In this document: positions 23,765 through 37,620 of the stretch, in pieces
Layout: each line of letters begins with the position of its first letter
How positions within the stretch are numbered: the stretch's first letter is position 1
Source of the DNA: Vicugna vicugna
Taxonomy: Eukaryota
DNA length: 64,000 nt
Assembly: GCA_013265495.1 (NCBI GenBank)
Contig: MU058844.1
Location: 12,484,184-12,548,183 of the forward strand
Direction: 5' to 3'
Program-made: the position numbers and the translations under genes
Notes under the pieces: model-generated
The model's input: only the letters and a program-made list of their open reading frames with translations
Told to the model about the DNA's origin: nothing
Database searches by the model: none

Positions 23765-24860
23765 TGGTAGACTTATTGTAAATATGGCTCCAGTTCTCCA
23801 CTCCCCCTTATTTATCCATTGCTCACCGCAGTGTGACTTTACAGTTCCTTCTATCAGCTGGTAGAGTCCATTTCCCCGTATATTTTTTTAAACTGAAGTA
23901 TAATTGACTTACAATGTTTCAGGTGTACAGCAAAGTGATTCAGTTACATATATATACTTTTTCAGATTATTTTCCTTTACAGGTTATGACAAGATATTAA
24001 ATGTAGTTTCTTGTGCTATACAGTATGCCCTTGTTGTTTATCTTTTTTATATATAGTAGTGTGTATCCGTTAATCCCAACTTCCCAATTTATCCATCCCC
24101 TTACTTTCCTCTTTGGTAACCATAAATTTGTTTTTTATGTCTGTGAGTCTATTTCTGTTGCATAAATAAATTCATTGGTATCTTTTTTTAAGATTTCACA
24201 TATAAGTGATATCATATGATATTTGTCTTTCTCTGTCTGACTTACTTCACTTAGTATGATAATCTCTAGATCTATCCATGTTGTTGTAAATGGCATTATT
24301 TCATTCTTTTTTATGGCTGAGTAATATTTGATTTTATATATATATATCACATCTTTTTTATTCATTCATCTGTTGATGAACATTTAGGTTTCTTCCATGT
24401 CTTGATTATTGGAAAGAATGCTCTTATGAACACTGAAGTGCATGTATCTTTTTGATTTCCCCATATCTTAAATCTGGCTGGCCTTGTAACTTGCTCTGGC
24501 TAACAGAATGAAGCAGAAATGATTACATGCTAACTTGAAGCCAGACCATAAGAGATTTCATGTGCTTTAGTTTTCCCTACTTTGGACTTATGCCTCCAAA
24601 TTAAGAAACAATTTGATCTAGCCAACTGGAAGTTGAGACCATTTGGTGCAGATATAATTCATGCCAACAGAGACCTTCCTAAACTAGCCAGATTGCAATC
24701 AACACACCGGCTAACAGGAAACATGTGAAGAATCCCAGACACCATCAGTCAAGCCTGTTCAGCGGACCTGCCCTGTAGACCCACAGACTAACAATAGTAA
24801 ATTGTTGCTTTAAGCCGTGTATTTTGGGATGATTTGTTACTCAGCAATTGCTAATGCAAG
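23765..24860 (+). mobile_element. MaLR LTR (MLT1G/H-like) interrupted by an L1
   Basis: ggtagagtccatttcccc...[L1]...cttaaatctggctggccttgtaacttgctctggctaacagaatg, ending ttgctttaagccgtgtattttgggatgatttgttactcagcaa. Confidence 0.7.
23884..24454 (-). mobile_element. 5'-truncated L1, minus strand
   Basis: Minus ORF 24135-24365 (YYSAIKKNEIMPF...KDKYHMISLIC). Degenerate TSD atttcccc(g/a)tat. Confidence 0.9.
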
Positions 24861-27800
24861 GGAAATCTTGCATTCAGAACAAGGTTGAGGATCAGCATAG
24901 CCCAATCATCCATAAAGATTCACCCCCCCCCAAATTATAGAAATATATTGAAAATGTGTGCCAATTACTTCTAGTTTCTGCCACTTTCTTTTGTAAATGG
25001 TGAAATGCATATTGCTCCTGCTTCTGCCAAAGTAGAAAATATCTGTAAGTGAAAAACAAAAGTTACTCCTCTCAGTCACAACCACACCCCCATTAAATAA
25101 ATGCTGAACAAATATCTTGAAAAATTAATCCACAGGGCATCAAATAATTAGGTTGCCAAGGAGCCTCTATGTTTTCGGTCAACCTTGTCTGCTTTGTATA
25201 TAGATCATTGGCATGCAGATGCTGTTAGGGACATGTACTAATTGTCTTCATTTCCTCAGAAAATGTCAAAAGCAAATGACAAGAGGAGTACTTTTTAAGT
25301 ATAGAAGTAGAAAAGTTGTTAGGGCTTTAAGAGGTAAGATCAGGTCAAAATTTGATGGCTGAAAAAGATGTCTCATTCCTCCCTGTCTATAAGTCTCCCT
25401 TCCTTCCTGAACAACTCCTGTGTAACAGGCTAGCCTTTAGACTATCAGTTCTAGACTCTTACTCATCTTCAGACTTTGCTGAGTTTGGACTTTGGAGGGT
25501 CAAGTTTCAAGACAACCAGGCAAAATCATTTACGAGGTACGTGAGAGTGGAAATGCCATATGGTTTCTGACTTGTAAAAACTAAAATAATATTTTTTTTT
25601 AAACCCTGTCTTCTCCACCCAAACTTGTTTCCTTAAAGCATAACCTTGTCTTGTGGTTACCCTCTAAAAGAAAGTATTTTAAAAGGTCTCCTTTGGAAAC
25701 AAAAAAAGTTATTCAAGTTCACTTTCGGTCTGTGTCAGCAAGTATTTCCACATGCTGTTTGCCAGCAGGCTATTGGTGCCATGCAATTTGCTCAAGGCAG
25801 CCTGCCCTCCTTCAGACCTGGGGTAGATGAAAAAAGGAGAGTGATCTGACAGTTAAATTTTAAATCTAGTTAATATTGAAAACATTTAAGTAGAGCATAA
25901 GAAATTCAGGTCTCATAAGCCAGAGGCCAACTCTTCCCCCACTGAACTTATGAGAAGGTGTTGTTCCACGGTTGGGGGCATGGGTTGGACATTTCAGTTC
26001 TGGCTCTGCCATTTACTTGCTGTATAACCTCAGTTTCCTCATCTGTAAAATGGGAATGATATTAATGTCACAGAGTGGTTTTTAGGAAAGGACGCCAGGT
26101 ACATAATAGTAAACTGCCAACATTTATTGAGCTGAGCCCTGCACCGAACATGCAACATCTCATTTAAACCTCAGATGAGGAATTGAGGCTTGGCGGCTTC
26201 ATGCTTAGGCTATAGCTCGCATGCAACAGCAGAGCTCACATTTGAGCTCAGATGTGTCTGATTCGAAGCCTCTTCCATGCCCTTCCTCTCCTCCTTCTGC
26301 CAGCTTGTTACAGGTGAAAAGAAGGTTCTAGAGAATGGGCAAAACACAGAAGGAAGGAATTTGAATTGCTGACTCCTCACGTGGAGGAGAGTCACTTGCC
26401 AAGCTTGCTCTGGGCATCAACTGAGAGAGAAATAAACTATTATGTTTGAGCCATCGTATATTGAGGTCTGTTTGTTATGGCAGTTTGGTCCACCCCAACC
26501 AATACAGTTGACAAATACAGAATTAAACACCAAATGTATTAGTTGAATGATGTTAAAGGCTAATGGGATGGGGTCTAACACCCCTACCTCCATGAGGAAA
26601 ACACACTAGAGGCACGAGAGCAGGGAGTTAAGAGCATACTATTTCATCCCAGACACAGCTGGCTTGAGTCCCAGCTCTGCCACTAACTAGGTGTGAGAGA
26701 GCAAGAAAGTTACCCAACGTCTCCGAGCCTTGGTGAACCCAGGTATAAAGTGGGGATGTTGATAATCACCTAAGGTTTTGTCAGGACTGGATGATACCAC
26801 AATGTGACGTGCTCGGCACAATTAATAGATTCTGTGACAATAGTCATATCAGTATACCAACCAAGTGGGTGAGAAAGTTCCTACCAGCTGGTCAGAGTGC
26901 CCCTGCTAAAGGGCAGAGAGCTGGCGACACACAGAAAATTCTTCCTCTTCAGGCTGCCTTCTTGTCGCTGGCTTACCTCCTGTTCTCTCACATTCCGTCT
27001 AGATTTGACTTGATTTCCAGTCCTTGCCAATCTTCCTTTTGACCTAGGGCAGTTCCCTTTTTATGCTATTTTAACAACTTAATTTAGTCTAAGAGAGCAA
27101 CATTATTGCCCTGTTTCCAAAGTCTAATGCCCACTTTCCTGTCAGCCCCGAGGACTAATCACAGATTTTAAATTCTAGGCTCACATTGCTCACTCATCAG
27201 CGGGAGGAAACCCACATGAAGAGAGAGTTCCTCCACAGGCCAGCTTGGGCATTCCAGAGTGGGAAGAACTCTCAGATCCACTTACAACTGACCAGTAACA
27301 TCCATCACTGGAAAACAGCCCCCTTCAAAACTTTTAGATCAGTCGAGGCCATCAGTGCATCCCTGAGCCACACGAGGAAGGACACATAGTTACCATCCGC
27401 CCTCATTTATCCTGATGAGGTGAGAATCTTGGGATTCACCTAACAACCAGAGAGACAACCTCCAAGGGGCCAGTGTCTGCTCCCTGAGGTGGGGGCTGCC
27501 GTGAGGAGACTGTCCCTGGACTGTCAATATTTCACATTCTGCCAGAATCTTGGGGGCTCTGCAGTTGTACAGCAATCTGCCTAGGAGGTCAGGAGGGTTA
27601 GATCAATTATTTATCCCCTTTCCACTGCCTTTTCCCCCAATACATATCCCGTACCACACCTCTTCTGGCTGCTCAGTTGTATGCCATTCTTCAAAGGTAA
27701 AATTCCCCTCCCTCCAAGTCTCAACCTTGCCCTTTAATATTATTTCTACTTTGCTTTGTCTTAACATTCCTTGTAATGGACTAGATGCTACAACAAATAG

Positions 27801-28342
27801 GAGTACTGATCATTCCTAAGGCAATCTTCAGTTTCTATTTTCAAGCTTTGAGTAAAATCTCTTTGCCTTCTCTTGGGTCTAGTCACCAGGATCATAATCA
27901 GACTACCAAGTTCAGGAAAATCTTCCATAACACATTAAAGTTCACTCTAGTGCACCATTTTTTCCTGGACTGAATTGGTGCCACTTGGTTACAGCTGAAT
28001 GACAGTTACAGTGTTTCCTGGAATAACTTCAGCATTTACTTTATTGCAAAATTCTACAAACCACATTGTGTCCACAGTAATATTCAGCTACTATTTTAAC
28101 TCCAGTCTGCTTGGCACACCTAAACTTTTTCCTTCTTTTCTCCTATCCTAATGCTCTTCAGTATCTGAGGAAAAAGAGCAAGTAGGACTTACTCAAAGGA
28201 GTGGATATAATTCTTTGGAAAATGTTATTTTTTTTCTGAACCACAATGAAACCAAAGTTACTGGAATCTCTACCAAAGTTTGTAGAAACTTAGGCAGCTG
28301 TATGCATTTTCTCTTTTTCCGCAGTATCTCAATGCTGTCGAT

Positions 28343-28541
28343 CTGGAGTTGGCAAACTATAAGCCCCAGTAAATGTGGTTTGTTGCCTGTTTTTTTGTAA
28401 ATAAAGTTTTATTGGAACATCGACATGATCACTTGTTTATGTGTTGTTTGTGGCTGCTTGCACACTACAACAGCAGAGTGACCAGCAAAGACCAAGACGT
28501 TTATTATCTGGAGCTTTACAGAAAAAGTTTGCTGACTCCTA
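28343..28541. mobile_element. hAT-Charlie MITE (MER58A-like)
   Basis: Termini ctggagttggcaaact / agtttgctgactcct, internal ttgtaaataaagttttattggaaca, 8-bp TSD remnant ctgtcgat/ctgtagac. Confidence 0.8.
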
Positions 28542-28653
28542 CTGTAGACGAAAGACTTCAAGTGAGTCAATTTGTATCTATGAGGTTAGGGATGGGATGG
28601 AAGAGATGATTTCCACATAGTTGCCAGGCAGTTTATACTTAGGATTTCCCCTC

Positions 28654-29068
28654 TGTAGGGGGTTGAATAGTCTCCCCTCAAACTCATGTCTATCCAGAAC
28701 CCGTGTGACCTTATTTGGGAGTGGAGTCTTGGCAGATCTGATCAAGGTGATGTCATACTGGATTAGGGTGGGTGCTAAATTCAATGACTGGTAACCTTAT
28801 AAGGAGAGGGAGGTTCGGAGACACACATAAAAGGCTACATGCTCACAGAGGCGTCGTAGATGGGAGGATGCTGTTATGGCCAAGAGATGCCAAGGATTGC
28901 CACAGGCACTAGCAGCTAGGAAGAGGCAAGGAAAGAGTCTCTCCTAGAATCGTCAGAGGAAGAATGGCCCTGCTGACATCTTGACTTCAGGTTTTTGGCC
29001 TCTGGAAATGTGAGAGAAGCCACCTCACTGACAGCAATTTGTTACAGCAGCCTTAGGAAATGAATATA
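28654..29068 (+). mobile_element. MaLR solo LTR (MLT1B/C-like) with 5-bp TSD
   Basis: Starts tgtagggggttgaatagt, ends tttgttacagcagccttaggaaatgaatata. TSD CCCTC at 28649-28653 and 29069-29073. Confidence 0.85.
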
Positions 29069-29257
29069 CCCTCTATTCAGATTTTAGCTGTAAATTCCTT
29101 TGACTACTTTTCTCTTTACCATGAAAGAATAACCAAGCAGCTAAGGCAACTGCAGGTCACTGATGCACCGAAAATTTTAAATATATGTAAAGATGGCAAA
29201 ATCTTTTTTCAACCATATAAGCTAGGACTGGGTTGGAGTAGAGATAAGAGAGGAAGT

Positions 29258-29985
29258 GGGGAGGGAATATTTGCACACGAGGAGACCAACAAGGGCTTAA
29301 TTTTCAAAATATACAAACAGCTCATAAAGTTCAACATCAAAAAAACAAAAACCCAATAAAAAATTGGCAGAAGACGTAAAGAGACACTCCTTGAAGAAGA
29401 TATACAAATAGCCAACAGGCATGTGAAAAGATGCTCACTATCATTAATTATTAGAGAAATGCAAATCAAAACTAGAAAGAGGTATCACCTCACACTGGCC
29501 AGAATGACTATCATCAAAAAGCCTACAACTAGTAAATGCTGGAGAGGGTATGGAGAAAAGGGAACCCTCCTACACTGTTGGTGGGAATGTAGATTGGTGC
29601 AGCCACTATGGATAACAGCATGGAAGTTTCTTAAAAAACTAAAAATATAGTTACTATATGATCTAGCAATCTCACTCCTGGGCATAAAACTGGAAAAGAC
29701 TAAAACTTTAATTCAAAAAGACACATGCACCCCAATGTTCATAGCAGCACTATTTATAACAGCCAAGACATGGAAGCAACCAGAGTGAATATTGACAGAT
29801 AAATGGTTTAAGATGTGCTATACACACATGTGCAGACACACACACATATTTACACACATAAACACACACATACATATATACACACATACACACGCACACA
29901 CACATATACAGACACACACACACAATGGAATATTACTCAGCCATAAAAAGAACGAAATAATGCCATCTGCAGCAACATGGATGGA
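29258..29985 (+). mobile_element. L1 ORF2 fragment lacking its 3'UTR, with an internal CA-rich microsatellite
   Basis: [17 protein letters not shown]...[25 protein letters not shown] (ORF2p Cys-rich region). Ends abruptly at gcaacatggatgga. Confidence 0.9.
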
Positions 29986-29986
29986 A

Positions 29987-30226
29987 GTTTTTCACTTTCA
30001 GCATTCAATAAATCATGTGAGATATTCAGCACCTTATTGTAAAATAGGCTTGTTGTTAGATTTTGCCCAACTGGAGGCTAACGTCAGTATTCTGAACACA
30101 TTTAAGGTAGGCTAGGCTATGATGGTTGGTAGGTTAGGTATACTAAAAGCATTTTTAACTTACAGTATTTCCAACCTACAATGGGTTTATCTGGATGTAA
30201 CCCCATTGTAAGTCAAGAAAAATCTG
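29987..30226 (-). mobile_element. Half of a Tigger-family MITE (MER47A-like)
   Basis: aaggtaggctaggctatgatg...atgggtttatctggatgtaaccccattgtaagtcaagaaaaatctg|ta. Confidence 0.75.
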
Positions 30227-30234
30227 TAGCTACC

Positions 30235-30475
30235 TGCCCAAACCCATAAAACATGTCGGGAATGAACCATAAAATAAACTATGGGCTTTGGGTGATAATG
30301 ACTTCAATGTAGGTTAATGAATTATCATAAACGTATCACTCTGTTGAGGGATGTTTATAATGGGGAGGCTATGCATGTGTGGGGACAGATGGTATATGAC
30401 AAATCTTTATACCTTCCACCCAATTTTGCTGTGAATATAAAACTGCTGTAAAAAATGAAATCCACTTTTTTAAAC
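30235..30475 (+). mobile_element. Old L1MC-type 3' end
   Basis: aaactatgggctttgggtgataatga...ggggaggctatgcatgtgtgggg...caattttgctgtgaatataaaactgct. Confidence 0.75.
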
Positions 30476-30498
30476 TAATAATAATAATGATGATGATA

Positions 30499-30797
30499 TA
30501 GGTTCAAAATCCCTTGTCCATAATTACAAAATCAAAAGATCTCTAAAAACCAGAGGCTTAAAAATAATTTTTCAGTGGCACAACCTGATCTGAATTAACA
30601 TAAGACTGTTTATTACATACTTTGTGTGAGTATTCATGCATTTCACTACAGAAATACTAATGTATTTGATTCGGGGGTGCTAGAGATGTTGTGCAAGATG
30701 CAGTATATCCACCTTACTTCTATTTTAAAATCTAAAAAATTCTGAATTCCAAAATACATCTGATACCATGGGTTTCAGAGAATGAACTATTGGCCTG
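30499..30797. mobile_element. Tigger-family MITE with degenerate TIRs
   Basis: ta|taggttcaaaatcccttgtcc ... gggtttcagagaatgaactattggcctg|ta. Confidence 0.55.
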
Positions 30798-32259
30798 TAA
30801 CATAATTGGTATTTACTGAGGACTTAAAATATTCTAGGAGCTATTCTAAGCACTTTATATTTGTTAAATCATTTCATCTAATTAGTGTAATTGTGGTGTT
30901 TCCAAAACTAGGGCATGTCCAAAAGGACATGCAATCCAAGAGTGCTTGAACAAAGAAAAGAAAAGGTTTTGTATACCCCAGGCTTTGGAGAACTTTAATC
31001 ACTCTCTCCATGTCACCTGGCAGGACTGAAGTCTCAGGGATCCAGCTTTAGAAAGTATGTGCTTCAACTCCCCTGTTGCAGGTGGAGACAAGTTTTGAAA
31101 TCTTTAATTAATTCATTAATTCAGTGAAGCTTAGAGAAAAAAGAAAAGAGCTCCTTCAATATTAGGTCCTATTTTTTTTTTGACAACACCAATTTGTCAA
31201 AAATAAATTTGTAAGGAAAAAAAAAGAAGCTAACAAGAATGAAAATCTAAATTATATTTCCTTTTACAGTCAAATCATTAGACAAACCATACTCCATAGC
31301 TCGAACACACTACTTCTTGAATAGCAAATATATACTGGAGGTTTGAAAATTACTTACAGAAATAAATTTTTTATTGGATGAGAGGATTTCATTTTTCAAC
31401 AGAGTACTGAGTAAATATTTGTTGGTTTCTAAGGATGAATGACTAAGGAAAGATACTATATTTAATCAATACTGTAATTCCTTTCTTTAGTTATCCATTT
31501 CCTGATGCACAGAACTAAATCGAATCAATGGGAGATTGATTTCATACTAGGCTTGAATAGTGAAATATCACCATTTAACCTAATATCCCGTATTACTCAC
31601 TATGCCTCCATTATGTAGAAGAGAAAGGCTAAGCAGGTCTCAATTAGATGACATATCCTCATATTACATTGATTATAAGCTTACAAGCTTGACATCTACA
31701 ACATCCTCTAATTTCAAGAGCTATGCAAATTAAGATAAATTAAAAAGCAACTGAAAGAACAGCCTCTCCCCTTGCTAACACAATATAATGGCCATACAAG
31801 GCAATCTATCACAACTGAGTGAAGAGGTGGTACTATTTTTAATATTCAGCTAATTCTTTGAACTGAAAATAGTTCAAGGTGGAATGCAACTTTGTCATCT
31901 CTCTTAGTAGTGGTTTATAGAAGTAAAGTAGCTTTTGTCTGGAAATAGCAGACAAACTTATCCACAGGAATTAAAATGAGAGATACAGAATTTTCACTTA
32001 ATATGTCCAGATGCAATCCCAAATTACTGACCACTGACCCTGTGCCCTCCAGTTATTCACTAATTCAGCTTACTTGGTATAAACCTTATTTCCAGGTTCA
32101 TTAACGAGTAAGATAAAGTATCAGAATCAACCAAGGCTCCTGCCTACCTTCAAAGAACAAAGAGCTTTTAGTCTAATGCAGAAGATAAGGATAATACGTT
32201 GTTGAATTCAGTTCTGGAAAATCATTAAGAGTCTTTGGAAAGCAATGTTTGATCTATTG

Positions 32260-32720
32260 TCTAAGCTGGATTCCCTGGAGGCAGACCCTGAGGTGAGGAT
32301 TTGTGTGCAAGGAAGTGCTCCCAGAAGAAAATGGTAAGGAAGAGAGAGAAGTGCAACCAAGAAGAAAAGGAAACCAAGAAGGTTTTAATTTCAGCAAATT
32401 CCTGGGAGAGCAATTTCAGCCTGATTGCACAGGATGTTTCTGGAGTATAAACTGCAGCCTCAGAGCTGTTGTACCTTAAAGCTTGGGACTCGACTTCCAT
32501 CTCCCTACGTGATCACTGGTTAGCTAAGCATCACCCTAGGGTGTTACAAACTCCCGGTCCCTTTCAGTTCTCTGGGGCTGTGGGAAAAGCTGCTACAGTA
32601 GTCTGAGGACTGTCCTTTCAGGAAGAGTGGCTGCTCAGGAGGCTGAAAGCAAAAGCATATTAAAGCTGGGAGAGGGGTACCCAGAAGAGGTAAAAGGAGT
32701 CTGCAGATACCTGTACAAGC
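32260..32720 (-). mobile_element. ERVL solo LTR (LTR16/LTR33-like)
   Basis: ggattccctggaggcagaccctgaggtgaggatttgtgtgcaaggaagtgctcccagaaga, typical of the reversed 3' end of this class. Confidence 0.55.
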
Positions 32721-33367
32721 AGTGGCAATGTCCAATATCAAGATAGGTGGAGAAAAAATTGAGAAAACACTTCCTATATAATTAATTACTCCCCCCCTCA
32801 AAAAAAAAACCCACAACATATGACTTGAGTGAGATACAGTAAGTTAGAATTCAATTATAAATAGCAAAAGCTTATTAGGTGTTTCTTGCAGAATGGTATC
32901 TAATGCAGGGATTTAGGTGTTTGGCCCATCATTGGAAGAACTAGCAGACAGTTATAGGTTGGGCTTCCAGGAATGGTTCCCAGTAGGAACGACCTAGAAG
33001 GAGAGGAGCAGAGCTTCTATCTCAGCCACAGTCAGGAAGCTGACAACTCAGAACTGCCACTGCAGCTGTTGCTTGAGGAGCACATCTCAGCTGCAGTCTA
33101 GGGAAGGGCTGCTGCAACTGTTTGTTCCAGAGCCACACTGCACCTGCTGGAGACTTGGCAGCAAGATACATGAGTAAATGAATAAATGAATCAATTATCG
33201 GATCAGTGGAAGTGTTTTCCTTGATTTTTTAATTGCTAAAATATAATATCTTGTAAGATTTCTACTTAGAATCAAACTGGAAAAATAATAAACTATAAAA
33301 TATAGAAACATACTTTGCTCTATGTGGAGAGTAAATAAGCAGCTTTGTTTTATAACAATTTCCTGTC

Positions 33368-34380
33368 TTTTTTTTTTTTCAACCTCCTTTACCTATTTCT
33401 CCCACTGCTCACCCCCTACCTCTGGCAACCACCAATCTGGTCTCTGTGACTATGAGCTTGGATTTTTATTTGTTTTTTAGATTTCACATACAAGAGAGCT
33501 CATATGGTATTTTTCTCTGTCTGACTTAATTTCCTTAGCATAATGCCCTCAAGGTCTGTTCATATTGTTGCAAATGGCAAGAATTCATTCACTTTTTATG
33601 GTTGACTAATATTCCATTGTGTATATATGTACCACATCTTCTTTATCAATTTATCTATCAATGGACATTTAAGCTGCTTCCGTATCTTGGCTACTGTAAA
33701 CAATGCTGCAATGAACGTAGGGATGCAGGTATCTTTTCCAGTTAGTGTTTTTATTTTCTTTAAATACCCAGAAGTCAAATTGCTGAATCATATGGTGATT
33801 CTATTTTTAATTTTCTGAGGACCCTATGGTTTTCTATAGTGACTGTGCCAATTTACATTCCCACCAACACTGCACAAGAGTTCCCTTTTCTCCCCATCTT
33901 CTCCAATTCTTGTTATTTCTTGCCTTTTTTATAATAGCCATTCCAACAGGTGTGAGGCGATATCTCACTGTGCTTTTGATTTGCCTTTCCCTGATAATTA
34001 ATGACATTGAGCATCTTTTCATGTACCAGTTAGCCATCTATATTTCTTCTTTAGAAAAATGTCTATTCAGCTCTTCTGCCCATTTTTTAATTGGATTATT
34101 TATGGTTTTGCTATTGAGTAGCATGAATTCTTTACATATTTTGGATACTAGCCCCCCTTATCAGATATATGATTTGCAAATATTTTCTCTCATTCAGTAA
34201 GTTGACTTTTCATTGTGTTGACTGTTTCCTTTGCTGTACAGAAGCTTTTTTTTTTTTCAGTTTGAAGCAGTCCCACTTGTTTGTTTTTGCTTTTCTTGCT
34301 TTTGGTGTCAGATGTAAGAAATCATCACCAAAGAACTTAACTGTCTATGTTTTCTTCTAGGAGTTTTATGGTTTCAGCTT
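33368..34380 (-). mobile_element. 5'-truncated L1, minus strand
   Basis: Minus ORFs [18 protein letters not shown]...[15 protein letters not shown] and [15 protein letters not shown]. Poly-T at the left end. Confidence 0.92.
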
Positions 34381-34920
34381 TTTTAATTTCTAAGTGCTCT
34401 AAGAATATAGTTCTGAATGTGTCATGGAATCCTCCTTGTAGAAAGTGTGTATCTTTTATTGTCTTCATTGTAGTAGTTGGATACCTTTTCTCAGATTATG
34501 TTTCTCAAATTTCTCAGTTCATGAAGATGTTCCTGGGAGCTTGTGTTAACTGTAGCAACAGTTTTAATCTTTACCTATAGAGTTAATCAATACAATGATT
34601 ATCTACTTCTTTGATTAAAAAGTGTACAGTTTAAGAGCTTCCAAATACATATATTATGAGCATGTGTAAGAATCAGTGGTGACCAGATGAGCAAGTTCAT
34701 TATTCAGCTGAACACTGTTCATCATGAGAAGAGGTCTGAGTGCTGAGGTATTCTTTGGTTTCAGTATCAGAACATGCTTCCAGGGTCACGCCAGTTCTTT
34801 GCTAGGTATCAGAATGAGCAGGCTCTAAAACACCCAGGTGAAGGGTTATTTTCATGAGAAGTTACTGGAAGTGAAAGGACTTTAGAATTTTAAGAATTTG
34901 TGAAAAAATATATCTTCTCC

Positions 34921-34939
34921 CATGGATAAGGAAAACATG

Positions 34940-34986
<47 letters not shown>

Positions 34987-35287
34987 ACAAACTAGTGAAT
35001 ATGACAACAAAAGAAACAGACTCAGATCTAGAGAACAAACTAGTGGTTACCACTGTGGAGAGGGAAGCAGGGAGGGGCATTATAGGGGTAGAGTATTAAA
35101 ATGTACAAACTATTATGTATAAAATAAGGTACAAGGATATATATTACAACACCGGGAATATAGGCAGTATTTTATACTAACTATAAATGGAGCACAACAT
35201 TTAAAATTTGTGAATCACTATACTGTACACCTGTAACTTATATCATATTGTACATCAACTGTAGTTCAAAAATAAACAAATAAGTAA
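34921..35287 (+). mobile_element. Short L1 3' end with a (TA)n tract and an internal deletion
   Basis: atggataaggaaaacatggtgtg(ta)n joined directly to the 3'UTR caacaaactagtgaatatg. Imperfect TSD ata(t/c)atcttct. Confidence 0.85.
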
Positions 35288-37079
35288 GACATACATCTTC
35301 TTCTAGACTGAGCCTAAATGACATACTGTTTCATGTTGTTTAGGTCATCTTTTAAAATGCCTTTTAAAATTTTATTTTCACAAAGAACTTTCTTATTATT
35401 TCAAATTTTCTTCTTCTTACATTAAACATACTGATTCCAAACTGACTACAGTAGATAGGTCTAAATAGTATACTTTCTATTAGATTTTTTATTGCTATAA
35501 GAAATTCATCTATGAATTTGTGTTGTTTTAATTAAAATTATACATACACAAAATAGAAACTTAGAAACCAAAAAATGCCTAGAAAAAAAATCACTGAAAT
35601 TCCATTATACATAAATAATCATAAATAACATTTTAGTGAGTATCTTTCTAAAGAGAAGGATATAAGTTTACATAAATGAGATCATGCTTAGAGCATTTTT
35701 TCCTTTTGTTTTTCGCTCAACACTATGTCAGGAACATCTCTCCACATCAGGAAATATTGAGCTACATCAGGTTTAATGGCTTAAGAACTGCATTGCATTT
35801 GTGTGCAATAATTTACCTAATCAGTTTCCCATTGATAGATGCCTAGGATGTTTCCAATTTTTGTACATTAAGGACAGATTTACAGGAAACATTCACTTGC
35901 CTACATCTTTTCACATTTATATCTCCTTAGGGCAAATGCTTAGAAGAGGGAGTACTGTGTCAGAGTCTGATATTTTATGAGTTGCCAAACTGTGTTCCAG
36001 AATGGGACATGGTTTTACAGCATCCTTTCTTCCATTCAATGCATAACCCCACATGTGACTTAAAAAAAAAGCACACAAAAACACAACTTCATTCCCTGAG
36101 GAATCTAGAAACATTTTTCTTTAGCATTTAGCATCTAGAAACATTTTCTCTGAAGCATTTCTCATTAAAATATGAGTCTCTAAGAATTAAAACAAATAAT
36201 TCCCACTAAAATTGTTCTCAACAAAGTTTAATTCCATGACAGTTTTAGGATGATGTAATAAGGTTTCAAGAAAAATAAAAACTGATTGCTTTCCTCACTA
36301 GCATTTAAAACTCTTGTTACATAGGGAAGATTTGAAATGTATTCATTCTGAAAATACCCACTTTCCTGCAATTAAAGCAATTGAAAAATGAGTTAAAATA
36401 TAGTCATATTAATTTTAGAAAATGTACAGATCGGTTATTCTTATTCAGGACAAGAACCATTTGATCAAAGCAAAGAATAGGGAAGAAATTACCATTTTTA
36501 GTGAAAAAATTGAAAGTGACCCTGTCATCCCATCCAAGTTTGAGATAAGAGGTTTGCTGTGCTTAAACAAAGTCCCTGATATTTAATAATCTGTACATAT
36601 TAGAAAGCCTAGTCCTAGAGCATTTGAAATAAGGAAGATCTTATTCATAGGAAGAACAAATAAGAAAACTTTATTTGCTGTCTAGATATGAAAGATAGAT
36701 GTCTTCCATCTATATGATTGACTTAGAGATAAAATCAACGATTGCTCCTCACCACTGGAAATCCACTAGTCAGAGTTCTGACATCTGCTGTGTCTAGGGA
36801 TCCATATTCTCTATGGAAACTGAGCACAGTCAATGCTGGTGTGGTTTGTAATGTCTGTATTCCTTCTAGGTCCAAGAGTGAACACGTGCACGAATGACTA
36901 TGTGAGGTTCAATAAGAAGATTGCTGCTTTGGGAGAATAATTTTGTAAACAGGCATCAAAGCCTTTATTTTCCTTGACTTCAAAAAATTTATAAGCACGA
37001 TCCCTCTTTCTTTGCTCTGTATACACATGGTTTATGCTGCACTTTTACTCTTTATTTTGCTGTTTAAATTAAATTCCTG

Positions 37080-37620
37080 TTATTATTCACCTACATCACT
37101 TCATTATATATTTACTGAAAACCTCCTATAGGCTAGAAATGGTTCCAAGCATTGAGGACATAGCAATCAATGTAAGACATTCTCTCTCCTAAAGAAGCTT
37201 AAATTCTAATAAATTAAATGAGTGGTGATATCAGTTTCTCATGGGAAAACAGGGTAGGTAAGGGGGATAGAGAATAACACATAGGGGTGATGGAGTGCTA
37301 CATCAGATACATGGTCAAGGAGAGCCTCTCTGAAGAGGTGACATTTGAGCAGAGGCCAAGGAAGTGAGAAGTGAGTCATACAATACATGGAGTAAGAGGG
37401 TAACATTCTAGGCAAAGTGAACAGGAGCTAAGCTGTAGGAGAGTTTTCAGAGAATTATTCTGACTGCTCTGTAGGGGGGCTATTTCCTGATATAAAGAAG
37501 ATCGTTGGATGACCAGCATTGGAAGAAAAACTCACGTATTTGCTGTTTGGTGTGCTGAATTTGAGACACCGGAGGGGAGATGTCAAGTAGACAGTTTGAT
37601 ACGTATGTATGAAGTCCAGA
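37080..37620 (-). mobile_element. L2 LINE fragments
   Basis: atatttactgaaaacctcctataggctag...ggtcaaggagagcctctctgaagaggtgacatttgagcagag...gagatgtcaagtagacagtttgata. Confidence 0.7.

Noticed and set aside
28795..28804. Perfect CArG box CCTTATAAGG
   Set aside because: It lies at the TATA-like segment of an MLT1 LTR, and several CArG boxes are expected by chance in 64 kb.
36100..36160. Short duplication tctagaaacatttt...gcattt
   Set aside because: Ordinary local slippage with no functional hint.
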